Shown here: one piece after another, positions 41,738 to 51,636 of the stretch | Layout of the letters: every line of letters starts with the position of its first letter | How positions within the stretch are numbered: position 1 is the first letter of the stretch | From: Thermoanaerobaculia bacterium | GTDB taxonomy: Bacteria > Acidobacteriota > Thermoanaerobaculia > Multivoradales > JAHEKO01 | Assembly: GCA_049664225.1 (NCBI GenBank) | Contig: JBATEX010000114.1 | Location: 56,351-120,350 of the forward strand | Length of the DNA: 64,000 bases | Direction of reading: 5' to 3' | Translations under genes and position numbers: made by a program | The notes under the pieces: model-generated | Database searches by the model: none | What the model saw: the letters and a program-made list of their open reading frames with translations, nothing else | What the model was told of the DNA's origin: nothing

Positions 41738-43195
41738 ATGAGCGCAGAGACAACCATGAAGTCGGTTGGCGGCGAAGGCGGGCTCCGCCTGAGTGCCATC
41801 GTTCCTGTCTTCAACGAGCGCTATCTCGTCCTGGAGATGCTCCGAAGATTGCTCGCAGTCTCGATTCCCGGTATTCGTGAGCTCGAGGTCATCATCGTCG
41901 ACGATGCTTCCACCGACGGCAGCGCAGAGATCGTCGACGCGGTGGCTGCCGAGCACCCCGACCGGGTGCGGGTCTTCCATCACGATGTGAACCAGGGCAA
42001 AGGGGCCGCCGTGCGCACCGGCATCGAGGCCGCGACAGGGGATCTCATCGTCTTCCAGGATGCCGATCTCGAATACGACCCGCAAGATCTCGCCAAGCTG
42101 GTAGCACCGTTTCTCGAGGACGGGGCCGATGCGGTATACGGGTCGCGCTTTCTGAGCGCCGACCGTCGTCGGGTCCTTTACTTCAGGCACACACTGGGCA
42201 ATCGGCTGATCACCTTCATGAGCAATTGGGCGACTGACCTGAACCTGACCGATGTCGAGACCTGCTACAAGATGATACGGGGCCCCCTACTGAAGTCGAT
42301 TCCGATCCGTTCCAACGACTTTCGGTTGGAGATCGAGCTCACCTCCAAGCTCGCGAAGCGAAACTGTCGCATCTTCGAGGTTCCCATCAGCTACAGCGGA
42401 CGCACCTATCAGGAAGGCAAGAAGATCGGTTGGAAGGACGGCCTCAAGGCGTTGCTGGCCATTTTTCACTTCTGGATGGTCGACGACCTCTACAAGCAGG
42501 ACGAGTACGGCGGCATGATCCTGCATGCCCTTGAGAGGGCACAGCGTTTCAACGGCTGGATGGCCGACGCCGTGCGCCCGATGCTGGGCTCGCGAGTTCT
42601 GGAGATCGGAGCCGGAATTGGCAATCTGACCTCGCTTCTCGTGCCGAGGGATCGGTATCTCGCCAGCGACATAAATCCCGCCTACTTGGCCTACTTGGAG
42701 AATCTGAGCGTCGGTAAACCCTACCTGGAGGTGGCACTGCTGGACCTCGAGAAAGACGTGGGCTTCGAGACTGTCGGCGGCCGGTTCGATACGGTGATCT
42801 GCCTCAACGTCCTGGAGCATGTCAAGGATCCGGTTGCGGCTTTGCAGCGCATGCGCGAAGCCCTGCAGCCTGGAGGGCGGCTGGTGCTGTATGTACCCGT
42901 TGGCCCGTGGCTCTACTCGAGCCTCGACGAGGCCCTGGGCCACCGCTGCCGATACTCCGCCGAGAGCCTGAAGTCCGAGCTCGAGATTGTCGGCCTGCAG
43001 GTGGAGGAGACCCGGCCCTTCAACCGGGTCTCGGTGCCAGCCTGGTGGTTCAACGGCAAGGTGTTGCGTCGGCGATCCTTCAGCCGCATCCAACTCAAGT
43101 TGTTCGATCTGATGGTTCCGGTCCTGCGCCGCCTGGATCGCTTTCTCCCGTGGCCGAGCCTGGGTCTCATCGCGGTCGCAAAGCGACCGCGATGA
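41738..43195 (+). CDS. fusion of a GT2 polyprenyl-phosphate glycosyltransferase (DPM1/ArnC/GtrB-like) and a class I SAM methyltransferase
   Basis: LSAIVPVFNERYL...IIVDDASTDGS...DADLEYDP are GT2 motifs. The C-terminal half has VLEIGAGIGNLT...VICLNVLEHVKDP...GGRLVLYVP (MTase motifs I to post-I/III). Confidence 0.8.
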   Translation: MSAETTMKSVGGEGGLRLSAIVPVFNERYLVLEMLRRLLAVSIPGIRELEVIIVDDASTDGSAEIVDAVAAEHPDRVRVFHHDVNQGKGAAVRTGIEAATGDLIVFQDADLEYDPQDLAKLVAPFLEDGADAVYGSRFLSADRRRVLYFRHTLGNRLITFMSNWATDLNLTDVETCYKMIRGPLLKSIPIRSNDFRLEIELTSKLAKRNCRIFEVPISYSGRTYQEGKKIGWKDGLKALLAIFHFWMVDDLYKQDEYGGMILHALERAQRFNGWMADAVRPMLGSRVLEIGAGIGNLTSLLVPRDRYLASDINPAYLAYLENLSVGKPYLEVALLDLEKDVGFETVGGRFDTVICLNVLEHVKDPVAALQRMREALQPGGRLVLYVPVGPWLYSSLDEALGHRCRYSAESLKSELEIVGLQVEETRPFNRVSVPAWWFNGKVLRRRSFSRIQLKLFDLMVPVLRRLDRFLPWPSLGLIAVAKRPR

Positions 43196-43549
43196 GGGTT
43201 GAGGCAGCCGTCGCTGGCTCCGGCTGATCTTTGGGGCTTGGGGGTTGAATCGTCCGTCACTGGCTCCGGCCGACCTTTAAGGGCTTGGGGGGTGAGGGGG
43301 CGGCCCGCGCTTCGCCGGACTGATCTTTGGGGCAGTGAGGGAGACCTCGTACGCGGCCTTGCACCCCTAGGCCCTTACGTACCTAAGCCCTTTTTGCCCT
43401 TCCTGCTGCCCTCAACGGTGCCAGGACCTCAAGACCCCAAGCCCTCAAAGGCCGGTCGGACGTACGTCCGAGCGCTTCAACCCCTAAGCCCTCAAAGACC
43501 GACCGGAGGGTACGACCGGTCGCCTCAACCCCCGAAGCCCAGGCCGACG
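43196..43549. repeat. composite family A element at the second convergent junction
   Basis: Same architecture as 35567-36158, with minus-orientation units at 43196-43310 and plus-orientation units at 43430-43545. The inner segment shares GCACCCCTAGGCCCT and CTTCAACGGTGC with 35770-35830. Confidence 0.75.
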
Positions 43550-45277
43550 CTAGTCTGCCCGGGCTGAGATCTGTCGGATCTTGAAGGCCAGCCCGATCAA
43601 CACCAGCACGATGACGGCCAGGGAGACCAGCAGGCCCTTGCGTCGGAATGCCAGCTCGTCCATGGCTTCGATCCCGGCGGCGAAGGCAGCCTCCGCGTGC
43701 TCCATGCCTCGGGCATGGGTCTCCATGAACTCACTGTCCTCGTCCACCGCGAACCCGTGCACCAGGACCTCGAGCCCGATCTGTGCGTCGACCGCCTGGT
43801 CGATCTCGGCCAGTGCATGGCGCGTCTCGACGCCGCCGCGGCGAGCTCGGAGCAGGACCCGCTCCGCGCCGGCAGTCAGGGAGGTCAGCTCCCGCATCCG
43901 ATTCTGGATCGCGCCGGATACCCTCAGGCCCTTCGATTCGTCGACCAGGAGAGGTTCCGAGGCATGGCAGGTGTCGCAGCGGATCACGTGTCCCTCGGTC
44001 AGCTCGCCGGTCACCGGATCCTCATAGGTGAAGACGGTCTTGCCCAGGCGGAACTTGGTGAAGAGCCGCTCGAACTCCAGACGAAGCACCAAATCACCCC
44101 CCTCTGAAGTTGCCAGAGTGTGATTGGGCAGCGTCAGCGCCTGGTCGATCAGCCAATTGAATAGCGCTTGGCCTTCGAGGCCCTGCGCCTCGGCTTCGGC
44201 CATAAGGGCATCCCGGGTCTCGATATGGCTTTGGCGAATGGCTTCTGGCTCCTTCAGATACCCCGCCACCTGCTCGTTGGCGCCGTGACAGAACTCGCAG
44301 GGAGTTGGCGGAGGAGGTGAGAGCATGCCCACAGACGGTCGCACGATTCCATGATTGCCGTGACAGGCGGAGCATTCACCCAGGCTGGTCATCCTCACCG
44401 AGGCTTGCGGCTCGGGGTCTTCGTGACAGCCCGCACAGCCATCGGGGCCGGCCTCCGCCATGAACTCATTGTGTAGCTCGAACGCGGCCAGCTTGGGGCT
44501 GGCGCGGAACATCTCGGCCTCGCGCCCGTGGCACTGACCGCAGACGAAGGTCACCGAGTCGAGACCAGGTGGAGCCGCGCCATGGTTGCCGTGGCAGTCG
44601 TTGCAGGTCGGGGCTGAGAGATCCTCCTTGACCAGGAGATTTGCGGCATGGACGCTCTGTCTCCAGCGGGCGTACTGATCGATCGGCAGCGGTTGTCCGT
44701 TGGGCAGCTGGTAACCACTCATGCGCTCCGGATCACCGTGGCAGTCGCGGCATGTTTCGGCCACCTGCGTCGGGTAGACCAGAGAGTCGGGATTGCCGGC
44801 CGCCAGGATGCCGTGAACGCCATGGCAATCGACGCAGGTGGCGACGTTGAGATCCCCGTCCCGGAGCGCTATGCCGTGATGGCTGGTCCAGTACTCGCGC
44901 TCCTGGTCGACCCGAGCGTCGGGCTTGAAGCGCCTCATGTAGGTGGGGTCCGAATGACAGCGACCGCAAAAGCCCGGAATGGCATCTCGCTCGGGTGTCC
45001 CGACATAGGGGTTCTCGCCCCAACCCTCATCCATCGCCGCCATCATGTCGTCGGCGCCTGCTGGGTCGGGATTGCCGCCATGGCAGTCGTGGCAGGAGAG
45101 ACCTGCGGCTGCATGGGCTCCACCGCTGAAGTCCTCCATCATTTGCAGGCTCTCGGCCTCGAAGAGATCGGCGTCGGCGTGACAAGTCTCACAGGAGGTG
45201 GGGCCCTGGCCGAGCACGGGCGCCGCGGCGATCGCCAGCATGGCGAGGGCCAGCGTCAGAAGAGCCGATCGCTTCAT
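43550..45277 (-). CDS. membrane-anchored 11-haem cytochrome c subunit of the second bc-type complex
   Basis: Start [23 protein letters not shown] (the ATGA overlaps the cytochrome b stop). I count 11 CxxCH motifs. C-terminal TM helix [17 protein letters not shown]. Confidence 0.85.
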   Translation of the reverse strand: MKRSALLTLALAMLAIAAAPVLGQGPTSCETCHADADLFEAESLQMMEDFSGGAHAAAGLSCHDCHGGNPDPAGADDMMAAMDEGWGENPYVGTPERDAIPGFCGRCHSDPTYMRRFKPDARVDQEREYWTSHHGIALRDGDLNVATCVDCHGVHGILAAGNPDSLVYPTQVAETCRDCHGDPERMSGYQLPNGQPLPIDQYARWRQSVHAANLLVKEDLSAPTCNDCHGNHGAAPPGLDSVTFVCGQCHGREAEMFRASPKLAAFELHNEFMAEAGPDGCAGCHEDPEPQASVRMTSLGECSACHGNHGIVRPSVGMLSPPPPTPCEFCHGANEQVAGYLKEPEAIRQSHIETRDALMAEAEAQGLEGQALFNWLIDQALTLPNHTLATSEGGDLVLRLEFERLFTKFRLGKTVFTYEDPVTGELTEGHVIRCDTCHASEPLLVDESKGLRVSGAIQNRMRELTSLTAGAERVLLRARRGGVETRHALAEIDQAVDAQIGLEVLVHGFAVDEDSEFMETHARGMEHAEAAFAAGIEAMDELAFRRKGLLVSLAVIVLVLIGLAFKIRQISARAD

Positions 45278-46464
45278 GACTTCCTCCCTTCTATCTGGCC
45301 CTCGACCGGGCCCGCATCGTGGCGCGTTGCCAGACCGAGTAGGAGCATCAGCGCACCAGTGCCGACCACGATGAACAGGGGTGTCAGCGATCGGTACCCC
45401 CAGGCTGTCATGCCCACGATGTACACCAGGGCGAGAATTCCGATGAACGTGAAGGCTGGGCTGCGCCCCGTCCTGTTGACCTTCCCATCCAGGAAGGGAA
45501 CGAGCATCATGAGCAGCCCACCGAGACTGAACAGCAGGATCGGAATCGCCTCGTACTCGATGCCGGCGATCTCCCCTCCAGGGACCAGCTTGAGGGTCTC
45601 GAACATGAACATGAAATACCACTCTGGCCGGATGTCTTTGAAGGCGGGCGCAAAGGGGTCGGCTTTCTCTCCAAGCTCCCATGGCAACAGAGCGGCGATA
45701 GCGGCGAGGACTCCTAGAGCCAGAATCCAGCCCCAGAGATCGCGCATGGCGAAGTCGGGGAAGAACTTCATGGGGCGCTTGCCGTCGGCTTCCTCCTGCT
45801 GCTTCGGCGGCACGCTCATCCCCTGGATCTGAACCAGCATCAGGTGAATCCCGAGCAGCACCGTCGTAATTGCGGGCAGGATCGCCACGTGCCAGCCGTA
45901 GAAGCGCGACAGGGTCCCACCGGTGACCCGGTCACCACCACGCAGGAACCGAAGCGCCCACTCTCCGACGATCGGCACCGCGCCGGCGATATCGGTTCCG
46001 ACCTTGGTGGCGAAAAATGCCAGTTGATTCCACGGTAGCAAGTAGCCCGAAAAGCCGAAGGCCATGGCGAGGAAAAGCAGTAGGCAGCCGGTGACCCACG
46101 TCATCTCACGAGGCTTGCGGTAGGACTTCGTGAAGTAGACGGTGGCCAGATGGACGAAGGCGAAGAAGACCATCAGGTTGGCCGACCACGAGTGGAGCGA
46201 ACGGATCAGCCAACCGAAAGGCACCACGGTCATGATGAACTCCACCGACTCGAAGGCCTCCTCCGCCGATGGTCGGTAGTAGAGCATCAGCATGATTCCG
46301 GTCACCACCTGGATGACGAAAAAGAACATGGTCATGCCGCCCAGGTAATAGAAGACCGAGAGTCGGTGTGCCGGCACCGTCTTGTGTGCGGCGAACTCCT
46401 GGGCCTCGGCCACCGGCAGGCGGTCGTCGAACCAGGCGCGGACGTTTCGAGCGAGATTTTTCAT
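45274..46464 (-). CDS. cytochrome b (b6 plus subunit IV-like, long form) of the second bc-type complex
   Basis: ...[56 protein letters not shown]... are classic cytochrome b motifs. Confidence 0.9.
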   Translation of the reverse strand: MKNLARNVRAWFDDRLPVAEAQEFAAHKTVPAHRLSVFYYLGGMTMFFFVIQVVTGIMLMLYYRPSAEEAFESVEFIMTVVPFGWLIRSLHSWSANLMVFFAFVHLATVYFTKSYRKPREMTWVTGCLLLFLAMAFGFSGYLLPWNQLAFFATKVGTDIAGAVPIVGEWALRFLRGGDRVTGGTLSRFYGWHVAILPAITTVLLGIHLMLVQIQGMSVPPKQQEEADGKRPMKFFPDFAMRDLWGWILALGVLAAIAALLPWELGEKADPFAPAFKDIRPEWYFMFMFETLKLVPGGEIAGIEYEAIPILLFSLGGLLMMLVPFLDGKVNRTGRSPAFTFIGILALVYIVGMTAWGYRSLTPLFIVVGTGALMLLLGLATRHDAGPVEGQIEGRKS

Positions 46465-46467
46465 GGC

Positions 46468-46938
46468 TCAGGCTCGCGAGACGACGATGGTTTGGGGTTG
46501 ACCCGAGCCCTTGAAGACCAGGTCCACTTTGAAGGGCTCCAGCGGCTTGGGCGGCGGACCGGCGACGACTTGTCCGTGGAGGTTGTACTCACCGTTGTGA
46601 CAGTTGCACCAGATTCGCTGCTTGTCCTTCTGAAATTCGACAATGCAGTCGAGGTGCGTGCAGGTCCCCGCGAAGGCCCGGTACTCGGTCTCGGAGAGGC
46701 GCACCAGAATGACCGGATCGGCACCGAATCGCACGATCTTGAAGCCCTTCTCGAGGAGCTCTGCATCGTTCGTGGGGCCGGCCTCCACCTGATTGGTGCT
46801 CGCCTCGGGAACTTCGGGTGGGCTGACGAACCGGAGAACTGGATAGAGGACTGCGACAGTCAGAGCGCCTGCCGCCGTGCCGAGGAACCAGTTCAGGAAC
46901 CGTCGGCGCGAATTGTCGGAAGGAGTTGTCTCGGTCAT
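46468..46938 (-). CDS. Rieske [2Fe-2S] subunit (Tat signal) of the second bc-type complex
   Basis: RRRFLNWFLGTAAGA. Rieske boxes CTHLDC and CNCHNG. Confidence 0.9.
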   Translation of the reverse strand: MTETTPSDNSRRRFLNWFLGTAAGALTVAVLYPVLRFVSPPEVPEASTNQVEAGPTNDAELLEKGFKIVRFGADPVILVRLSETEYRAFAGTCTHLDCIVEFQKDKQRIWCNCHNGEYNLHGQVVAGPPPKPLEPFKVDLVFKGSGQPQTIVVSRA

Positions 46939-47091
46939 GGATCCCTCTCGAGTAGACTCCGGGAGGCCACCAGCGACGGGACACCAACCGGAGAAATCAA
47001 ACCATGAAGCGTTAGTCTATCCGACTCCTGTCGCACTGCGTTAACGCTTCGTACCCCTCGAAATGGCGTCGCTTTGGGAGTAAGGTAGAGG

Positions 47092-47598
47092 GTGAACTGG
47101 AGGAGCGTCGGAATGCCGAAGTCACTCACTGCCCAGGACATCATGAATCCAGAAGTCATGACGGTGACCAACGAGATGACGGTCAAGGAGCTGGCTGGCT
47201 TTTTGACCGACCAGGAGATCTCGGGGGCACCCGTGGAGGACGAGAACGGTGCCCTGATCGGTGTGGTTTCGGTGACCGATATCGTGCGTGCAGCGTCATC
47301 TGGTGGAGACCGACTGATGAACGGTCATGACCGCGAAGCGCATTTCTACACCCGTGGCTGGGAGGGGAAGCTCAGCGCCGATGAGTTGGAGACGCTCCAT
47401 CTGGAAGACGACGAACTGAAGGTTGGGGAGATCATGACGCCTTCGGTCTTCGCCGTCGAAGCCGAGGCGCCGATCAACACCGTGGCCCAGAGCATGATGG
47501 ATTCCCATCTTCATCGCCTGCTGGTGGTCCGAGAGGGTAAGGTCGTCGGGATCGTCAGCACCTCGGACCTGCTCTCGCTGTTGGCGGAGATCGACTAG
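47092..47598 (+). CDS. CBS-domain pair protein
   Basis: Two CBS motifs (IMNPEVMTVTNEMTV..., GEIMTPSVFAVEAEAPI...). The start may be the internal Met at 47113. Confidence 0.75.
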   Translation: MNWRSVGMPKSLTAQDIMNPEVMTVTNEMTVKELAGFLTDQEISGAPVEDENGALIGVVSVTDIVRAASSGGDRLMNGHDREAHFYTRGWEGKLSADELETLHLEDDELKVGEIMTPSVFAVEAEAPINTVAQSMMDSHLHRLLVVREGKVVGIVSTSDLLSLLAEID

Positions 47599-47615
47599 GA
47601 ACTGGAGGAAGTCGC

Positions 47616-48020
47616 ATGCACCCTCAGAAGGTCGCTTTTTCCATCGTTACGGATTTGAGCTACGAGGAGGCGGTACGGCGCTGCAAAGTTGCCCTGGCCG
47701 AGGAGGGCTTCGGAGTTCTCACCGAGATCGATGTCCAGGCGACATTCAAGAAGAAGCTGGACGTCGATCGCCCGCCCTACATCATCCTCGGGGCCTGCCA
47801 TCCGCCGTCGGCATACAAGGCTCTCACCGCCGCGCCGGAGGTCGGCGTGCTGTTGCCGTGCAACGTGACGGTTTCGGTCGAGGAGGGGCAGACGGTGGTG
47901 CGAGCCATGAACCCGGGTGTAGCCCTGGGAGTGCTGCAAGCCGAAGGCCTCGCCGAGGTCGCAGAGGACGTGGGAGAGGCCTTGCGGCGAGCCGTCCAGG
48001 CGGTCGCGAGCACTGTTTGA
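47616..48020 (+). CDS. DUF302 family protein
   Basis: FSIVTDLSYEEAVRRCKVALAEEGFGVLTEIDVQATFKKKL...ILGACHP, the typical DUF302 pattern. The stop lies inside a 9-bp-stem hairpin. Confidence 0.65.
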   Translation: MHPQKVAFSIVTDLSYEEAVRRCKVALAEEGFGVLTEIDVQATFKKKLDVDRPPYIILGACHPPSAYKALTAAPEVGVLLPCNVTVSVEEGQTVVRAMNPGVALGVLQAEGLAEVAEDVGEALRRAVQAVASTV

Positions 48021-48039
48021 CCCTGGTGGGACAAACAGT

Positions 48040-48215
48040 GCGGGTTGAGGCGGCCGGCATACCTTCGGCCGATCCTTGAGGGCTTGGGGGTTGAGGAGCC
48101 CGTCATACCTCCGGCCTGCCTTTGGGCAGTCAGGCAATCTCCGCCTGAACAAGGAAGCCCTTCTGTTACCCAGGACGCTACTACCTTACCCCCCTAAGCC
48201 CCTACACCCCTAGGC
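48040..48215. repeat. family A repeat units (minus orientation) plus a CCCCTAAG-type tail
   Basis: GGGTTGAGGCGGCCGGCATACCTTCGGCCGATCCTTGAGGGCTTGGGGGTTGAGG.... Confidence 0.65.
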
Positions 48216-48218
48216 CCT

Positions 48219-49142
48219 CTAGATCAGGCTCTTGCCGAAGCTCTTTACCGTGAACACAGGACAGGGTGCGAGCCGCACTACCTGTTCGGCTGTGCTGCCT
48301 ACCAACAGACGCTCCAGACCGGTGAGACCGTGGGTGGCGATCACCACCATGTCGGAGCCACGGTCCTCGGCGAACCTGGCAATCTCGCTCGCCGGTCTTC
48401 CGGTGGCGACGAACCTCTCAGCGGGTACCTCGGGCCCGGGGGTTTCGGCCAGCAGCTCGTCCAGGGCCTCTTCGGCTTTCTCACGCAAGGCCTCAAGCTG
48501 CTCGACGGGTGAGAGGCTGCTACCGGGTGTGTAGAAGTAGGGGTAGGCTGGCTCTTCGATGGTGTGAAGGACCTGCAGACCAGCGCCGTAGAGAGCGGCC
48601 AGCTCTTTGGCGAAGGAGAGAGCCTCCTTGGAATAAGGAGAGAAGTCTACGGGGACGAGGATCTTCGCCAAGGCCTCGATGGTTTCTGGTGTCTCTGTCT
48701 GGCGCAACGTGAGCACGGGGCAGCTCGCGTGGCGGACGACTTCCTCGGCTACGCTGCCGAGAAACAGGCGGGCCGGGCCCCGCCGACCATGGGTACCCAT
48801 GACGACCAGGTCGATGTCGTGCTCCTGAATATAGTCCAGGATCACCTCGCCAGCCGAAAAGCCCCTGACCCTCGCTTCTTGAAGGCTGAACGTCTTGGAT
48901 TCGTTCTGCCGTACGAGCTCCGCCATCTCGGAGTCGGCGATCTCGAAGAGCCGGTTGAGAATGTCGGATGGCTCCGGGAAGTGCTGATCCGGATCTCGAG
49001 GGTCACTCTCGTGGAGGATGATGGCGTGCAGCATGTGCAGCTCCGCCTCGAACTGCTCAGCCAGAAACAAGGCGTGCATCAGCGCTTGCCTTGCGGTGTC
49101 AGAGAAGTCGGTGGGGTACAGGATGCGACGGATCCGCATCAT
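48219..49142 (-). CDS. universal stress protein, tandem UspA domains
   Basis: ILYPTDFSDTARQAL...LVVMGTHGRRG and ILVPVDFSPYSKEAL...MVVIATHGLTG. Confidence 0.85.
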   Translation of the reverse strand: MMRIRRILYPTDFSDTARQALMHALFLAEQFEAELHMLHAIILHESDPRDPDQHFPEPSDILNRLFEIADSEMAELVRQNESKTFSLQEARVRGFSAGEVILDYIQEHDIDLVVMGTHGRRGPARLFLGSVAEEVVRHASCPVLTLRQTETPETIEALAKILVPVDFSPYSKEALSFAKELAALYGAGLQVLHTIEEPAYPYFYTPGSSLSPVEQLEALREKAEEALDELLAETPGPEVPAERFVATGRPASEIARFAEDRGSDMVVIATHGLTGLERLLVGSTAEQVVRLAPCPVFTVKSFGKSLI

Positions 49143-49175
49143 GAGAGGGCCCTCCTTTCAAGTCCCTGTCGAGAT

Positions 49176-49835
49176 TCACTCTTGCTCGGGCGGGGAATCC
49201 ACCAAGCGTGTGCGAAGAGCATAGGCGACGACCTGAGCACGGTTGTGGAGGTGGAGCTTGTCGAGAATGTTGCGCACGTGGAACTTCACGGTGTTCTCAC
49301 TGACCCCCAGGTGCTTAGCCAGTCGCCGATTCGAGGTCGTGCCCTGTACCATCAGCTCCAGGACCTCGCGTTCTCGATCGGTGAGCGCATCTGGATCGTA
49401 CTCCTCTTTGGTCGGCTTCTTTGGGCGCGCAAACTCGTCCAGCAGCTTGCGGGCCACGGCCGGCGTCAATGCCGGCTCGCCGCGCTCGACGCCTTCCAGC
49501 AGCTTGAAGAACTGTTCAGACTCGAGGTCCTTCAGGAGATAGCCTTTGGCGCCAGACTTGATCGCCTCGAAGAGGTTGTTGTCCTCGTCGGAGGCCGTTA
49601 GGACAACGACCTTGACATCGGGTAGCTCGGTGGCGATGCGCTTTGTGGCTTCCAGACCGTCCATCTCCGGCATGGTCAGGTCCATGAGCACGACGTCGGG
49701 TTTGCTCTCCCAGGACAGATCGATGGCCTCCTGACCGTTCTTGGCTTCGCCGACCACCTCGATGTCCTGCGACTCGAGGAGGCTGCGGAGGCTGTCTCGA
49801 AAGAGAGCGTGATCGTCGGCGATTAGAATTCGCAT
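49176..49835 (-). CDS. NarL/LuxR-family response regulator (DosR-like)
   Basis: Receiver MRILIADDHALFRDSL...VVLMDLTMPEMDG...KP. LuxR HTH REREVLELMVQGTTSNRRLAKHLGVSENTVKFHVRNILDKL. Confidence 0.9.
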   Translation of the reverse strand: MRILIADDHALFRDSLRSLLESQDIEVVGEAKNGQEAIDLSWESKPDVVLMDLTMPEMDGLEATKRIATELPDVKVVVLTASDEDNNLFEAIKSGAKGYLLKDLESEQFFKLLEGVERGEPALTPAVARKLLDEFARPKKPTKEEYDPDALTDREREVLELMVQGTTSNRRLAKHLGVSENTVKFHVRNILDKLHLHNRAQVVAYALRTRLVDSPPEQE

Positions 49836-49846
49836 GAGTGTCTACC

Positions 49847-51223
49847 TCAAAAACTGATGGTTGCAACTGGTACTCGTATCTTAACGCGAGTGCCACTGCC
49901 GGGCGAGGTCTCCAGATCGAGGGTGCCGCCGATGCTCTCGGTGCGCTCGCGCATGATCGCCAGGCCGAAGCGGGGGAAGGCTTCCCGCGGGCGATTCGAA
50001 GGGTCGAAGCCCTTGCCATCGTCTTCGACTGAGGCGAACAGTCGATTGTCTTCCTGGTGGATCTTGACATTGACTAGGGTAGCTCCGGAGTGCTTGCGCG
50101 CGTTGGAGAGTGCTTCCTGGAGAATCCTCAGCAGCTGAAGCTCGACGGATGCCGATACCTGGATGTCGCCCTCGATCTCCAACGAGCCGGTGATTCCGCT
50201 CTGCATCTCCCACCGTTCCATGTAGTCCTGCAGTGCCTCGCCGAGGGGTTGGTCGGGCCCCACCCTAGTGCGCAAGGCCATGATGCCCTCACGGGCGTCG
50301 GTATAGACCTCTCGTGCGGCCGACGCCAACTGTTCCAGCTGATCCGAAGCTTGTTCCGGCTTGTTCTTGTCCAGGTAGGCCTTGACCACCTGGGCCTTGG
50401 TGTTGACGTAGGCTAGGATCTGGGCCATCCCGTCGTGAATCTCCCGGGCGATCCTGACGCGCTCCTCGGCGACGGCGAGGGTTCGCAGCCGCTGGTTGAG
50501 GTGCGCGTTGTCGATTGCGATCGCCGCGGCCGTGGCGAAACGGACCAGGGTCTCTTCGTCTTCGAGCGCGAACTCGAGGGCGGTGATCTTCTCGGCAACG
50601 TACAGGTTGCCCCGGAAAGGCCCTTTGCAGATGATCGGTATTGCCAGCAGGGAGTGCATATCGGGGTGGTTCGGCGGAAAGCCCACAGACCGTGGGTCGC
50701 GCGTCACATCCGGCAAGCGGATCCGCTGACCTTGGCGCAGCACGACTCCCAACAGACCTCGTCCTTCGGGCGGGGCTCCGATGCGTTCCTTGTCCTCCTC
50801 GGGCATTCCGGAGGTCATGAACTCCTTCATGAGTCCCTTGTCGTCATAGACGGCGATGGCGCCGTACTTCGCCTCGAGCAGCTGACTCGCCTGGTCGACG
50901 ACCTTCTGGAGGACGGTGCCTAGAGACACCTCCCCATAGATGTCCAGAGCAGCCCAGTGGAGTGCCAGAAGCTCGCGGTTCTGCCTCTCCAGTCGCATCT
51001 GTAGCCGGGAAACCAGATTGAACACGACGCCGAAGAAGAAGACGGCCCCGACCAGGATCACGAGATCCATCATCAGTCGTCCCGACCAGGTATCCAGGAA
51101 CGACCTCAGGTTGTAGCGGGCGAACTCGACAAAGACGAAAAGGACCAGCAGCGTGACCAGAAAGGCCCACTTGAGCCTGAGCAGGCCTACGGAACCGGTC
51201 TGGTCTGGAGTTTGTTGCAACAA
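49847..51223 (-). CDS. membrane sensor histidine kinase with a GAF domain and HisKA_3 (NarX/DevS-like)
   Basis: Two N-terminal TM helices. GAF-like segment. H-box [12 protein letters not shown] (HisKA_3). HATPase motif. Confidence 0.85.
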   Translation of the reverse strand: MLQQTPDQTGSVGLLRLKWAFLVTLLVLFVFVEFARYNLRSFLDTWSGRLMMDLVILVGAVFFFGVVFNLVSRLQMRLERQNRELLALHWAALDIYGEVSLGTVLQKVVDQASQLLEAKYGAIAVYDDKGLMKEFMTSGMPEEDKERIGAPPEGRGLLGVVLRQGQRIRLPDVTRDPRSVGFPPNHPDMHSLLAIPIICKGPFRGNLYVAEKITALEFALEDEETLVRFATAAAIAIDNAHLNQRLRTLAVAEERVRIAREIHDGMAQILAYVNTKAQVVKAYLDKNKPEQASDQLEQLASAAREVYTDAREGIMALRTRVGPDQPLGEALQDYMERWEMQSGITGSLEIEGDIQVSASVELQLLRILQEALSNARKHSGATLVNVKIHQEDNRLFASVEDDGKGFDPSNRPREAFPRFGLAIMRERTESIGGTLDLETSPGSGTRVKIRVPVATISF

Positions 51224-51414
51224 GGCTGGCGTTCCCGTTCAGCAGACTCCCGCCGGCGCCGGCCGAGTGGCCATACCAGTCGGAACGATCTTCGAGCGGC
51301 GCGAACAAAACCCTCAAAAGGTGGGCGCAAGAACAACGTGCGCCACCTTGGGCGCTTGTGATTCTATTCGATCGGGGGGGGGAGCTGAGCGGCGGTAGGA
51401 CCGAGGACCGCTAC

Positions 51415-51636
51415 TCAGTCGGTACGAGTCTGCTTCTTGGTCCCGAAACCGAAAAGCGTGTAGAACGGGCACCAACCCAGAATGCCGGTAACCAGCGGCA
51501 CGAATCCGAAGATCCTGAAAGCGGCGCCGAAGATCCCTTCACCCAGCACGAGCCAGCCCAGCAGCAGCATTCCTGCCCCGAGCAAGATGCGGAGAATTCG
51601 GTCCCAACTGGCTTCGTTTCTGAATTCGGTTGCCAA
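51415..51636 (-). CDS. DUF2892 (YgaP-like) small membrane protein, probable TTG start
   Basis: ...[56 protein letters not shown] matches DUF2892 (DRxxRxxxG ... GxCPxYxLxG). There is no in-frame ATG near the domain. A TTG at 51636 is preceded by AGGA. The 144-aa track ORF is probably over-extended. Confidence 0.4.
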   Translation of the reverse strand: MATEFRNEASWDRILRILLGAGMLLLGWLVLGEGIFGAAFRIFGFVPLVTGILGWCPFYTLFGFGTKKQTRTD

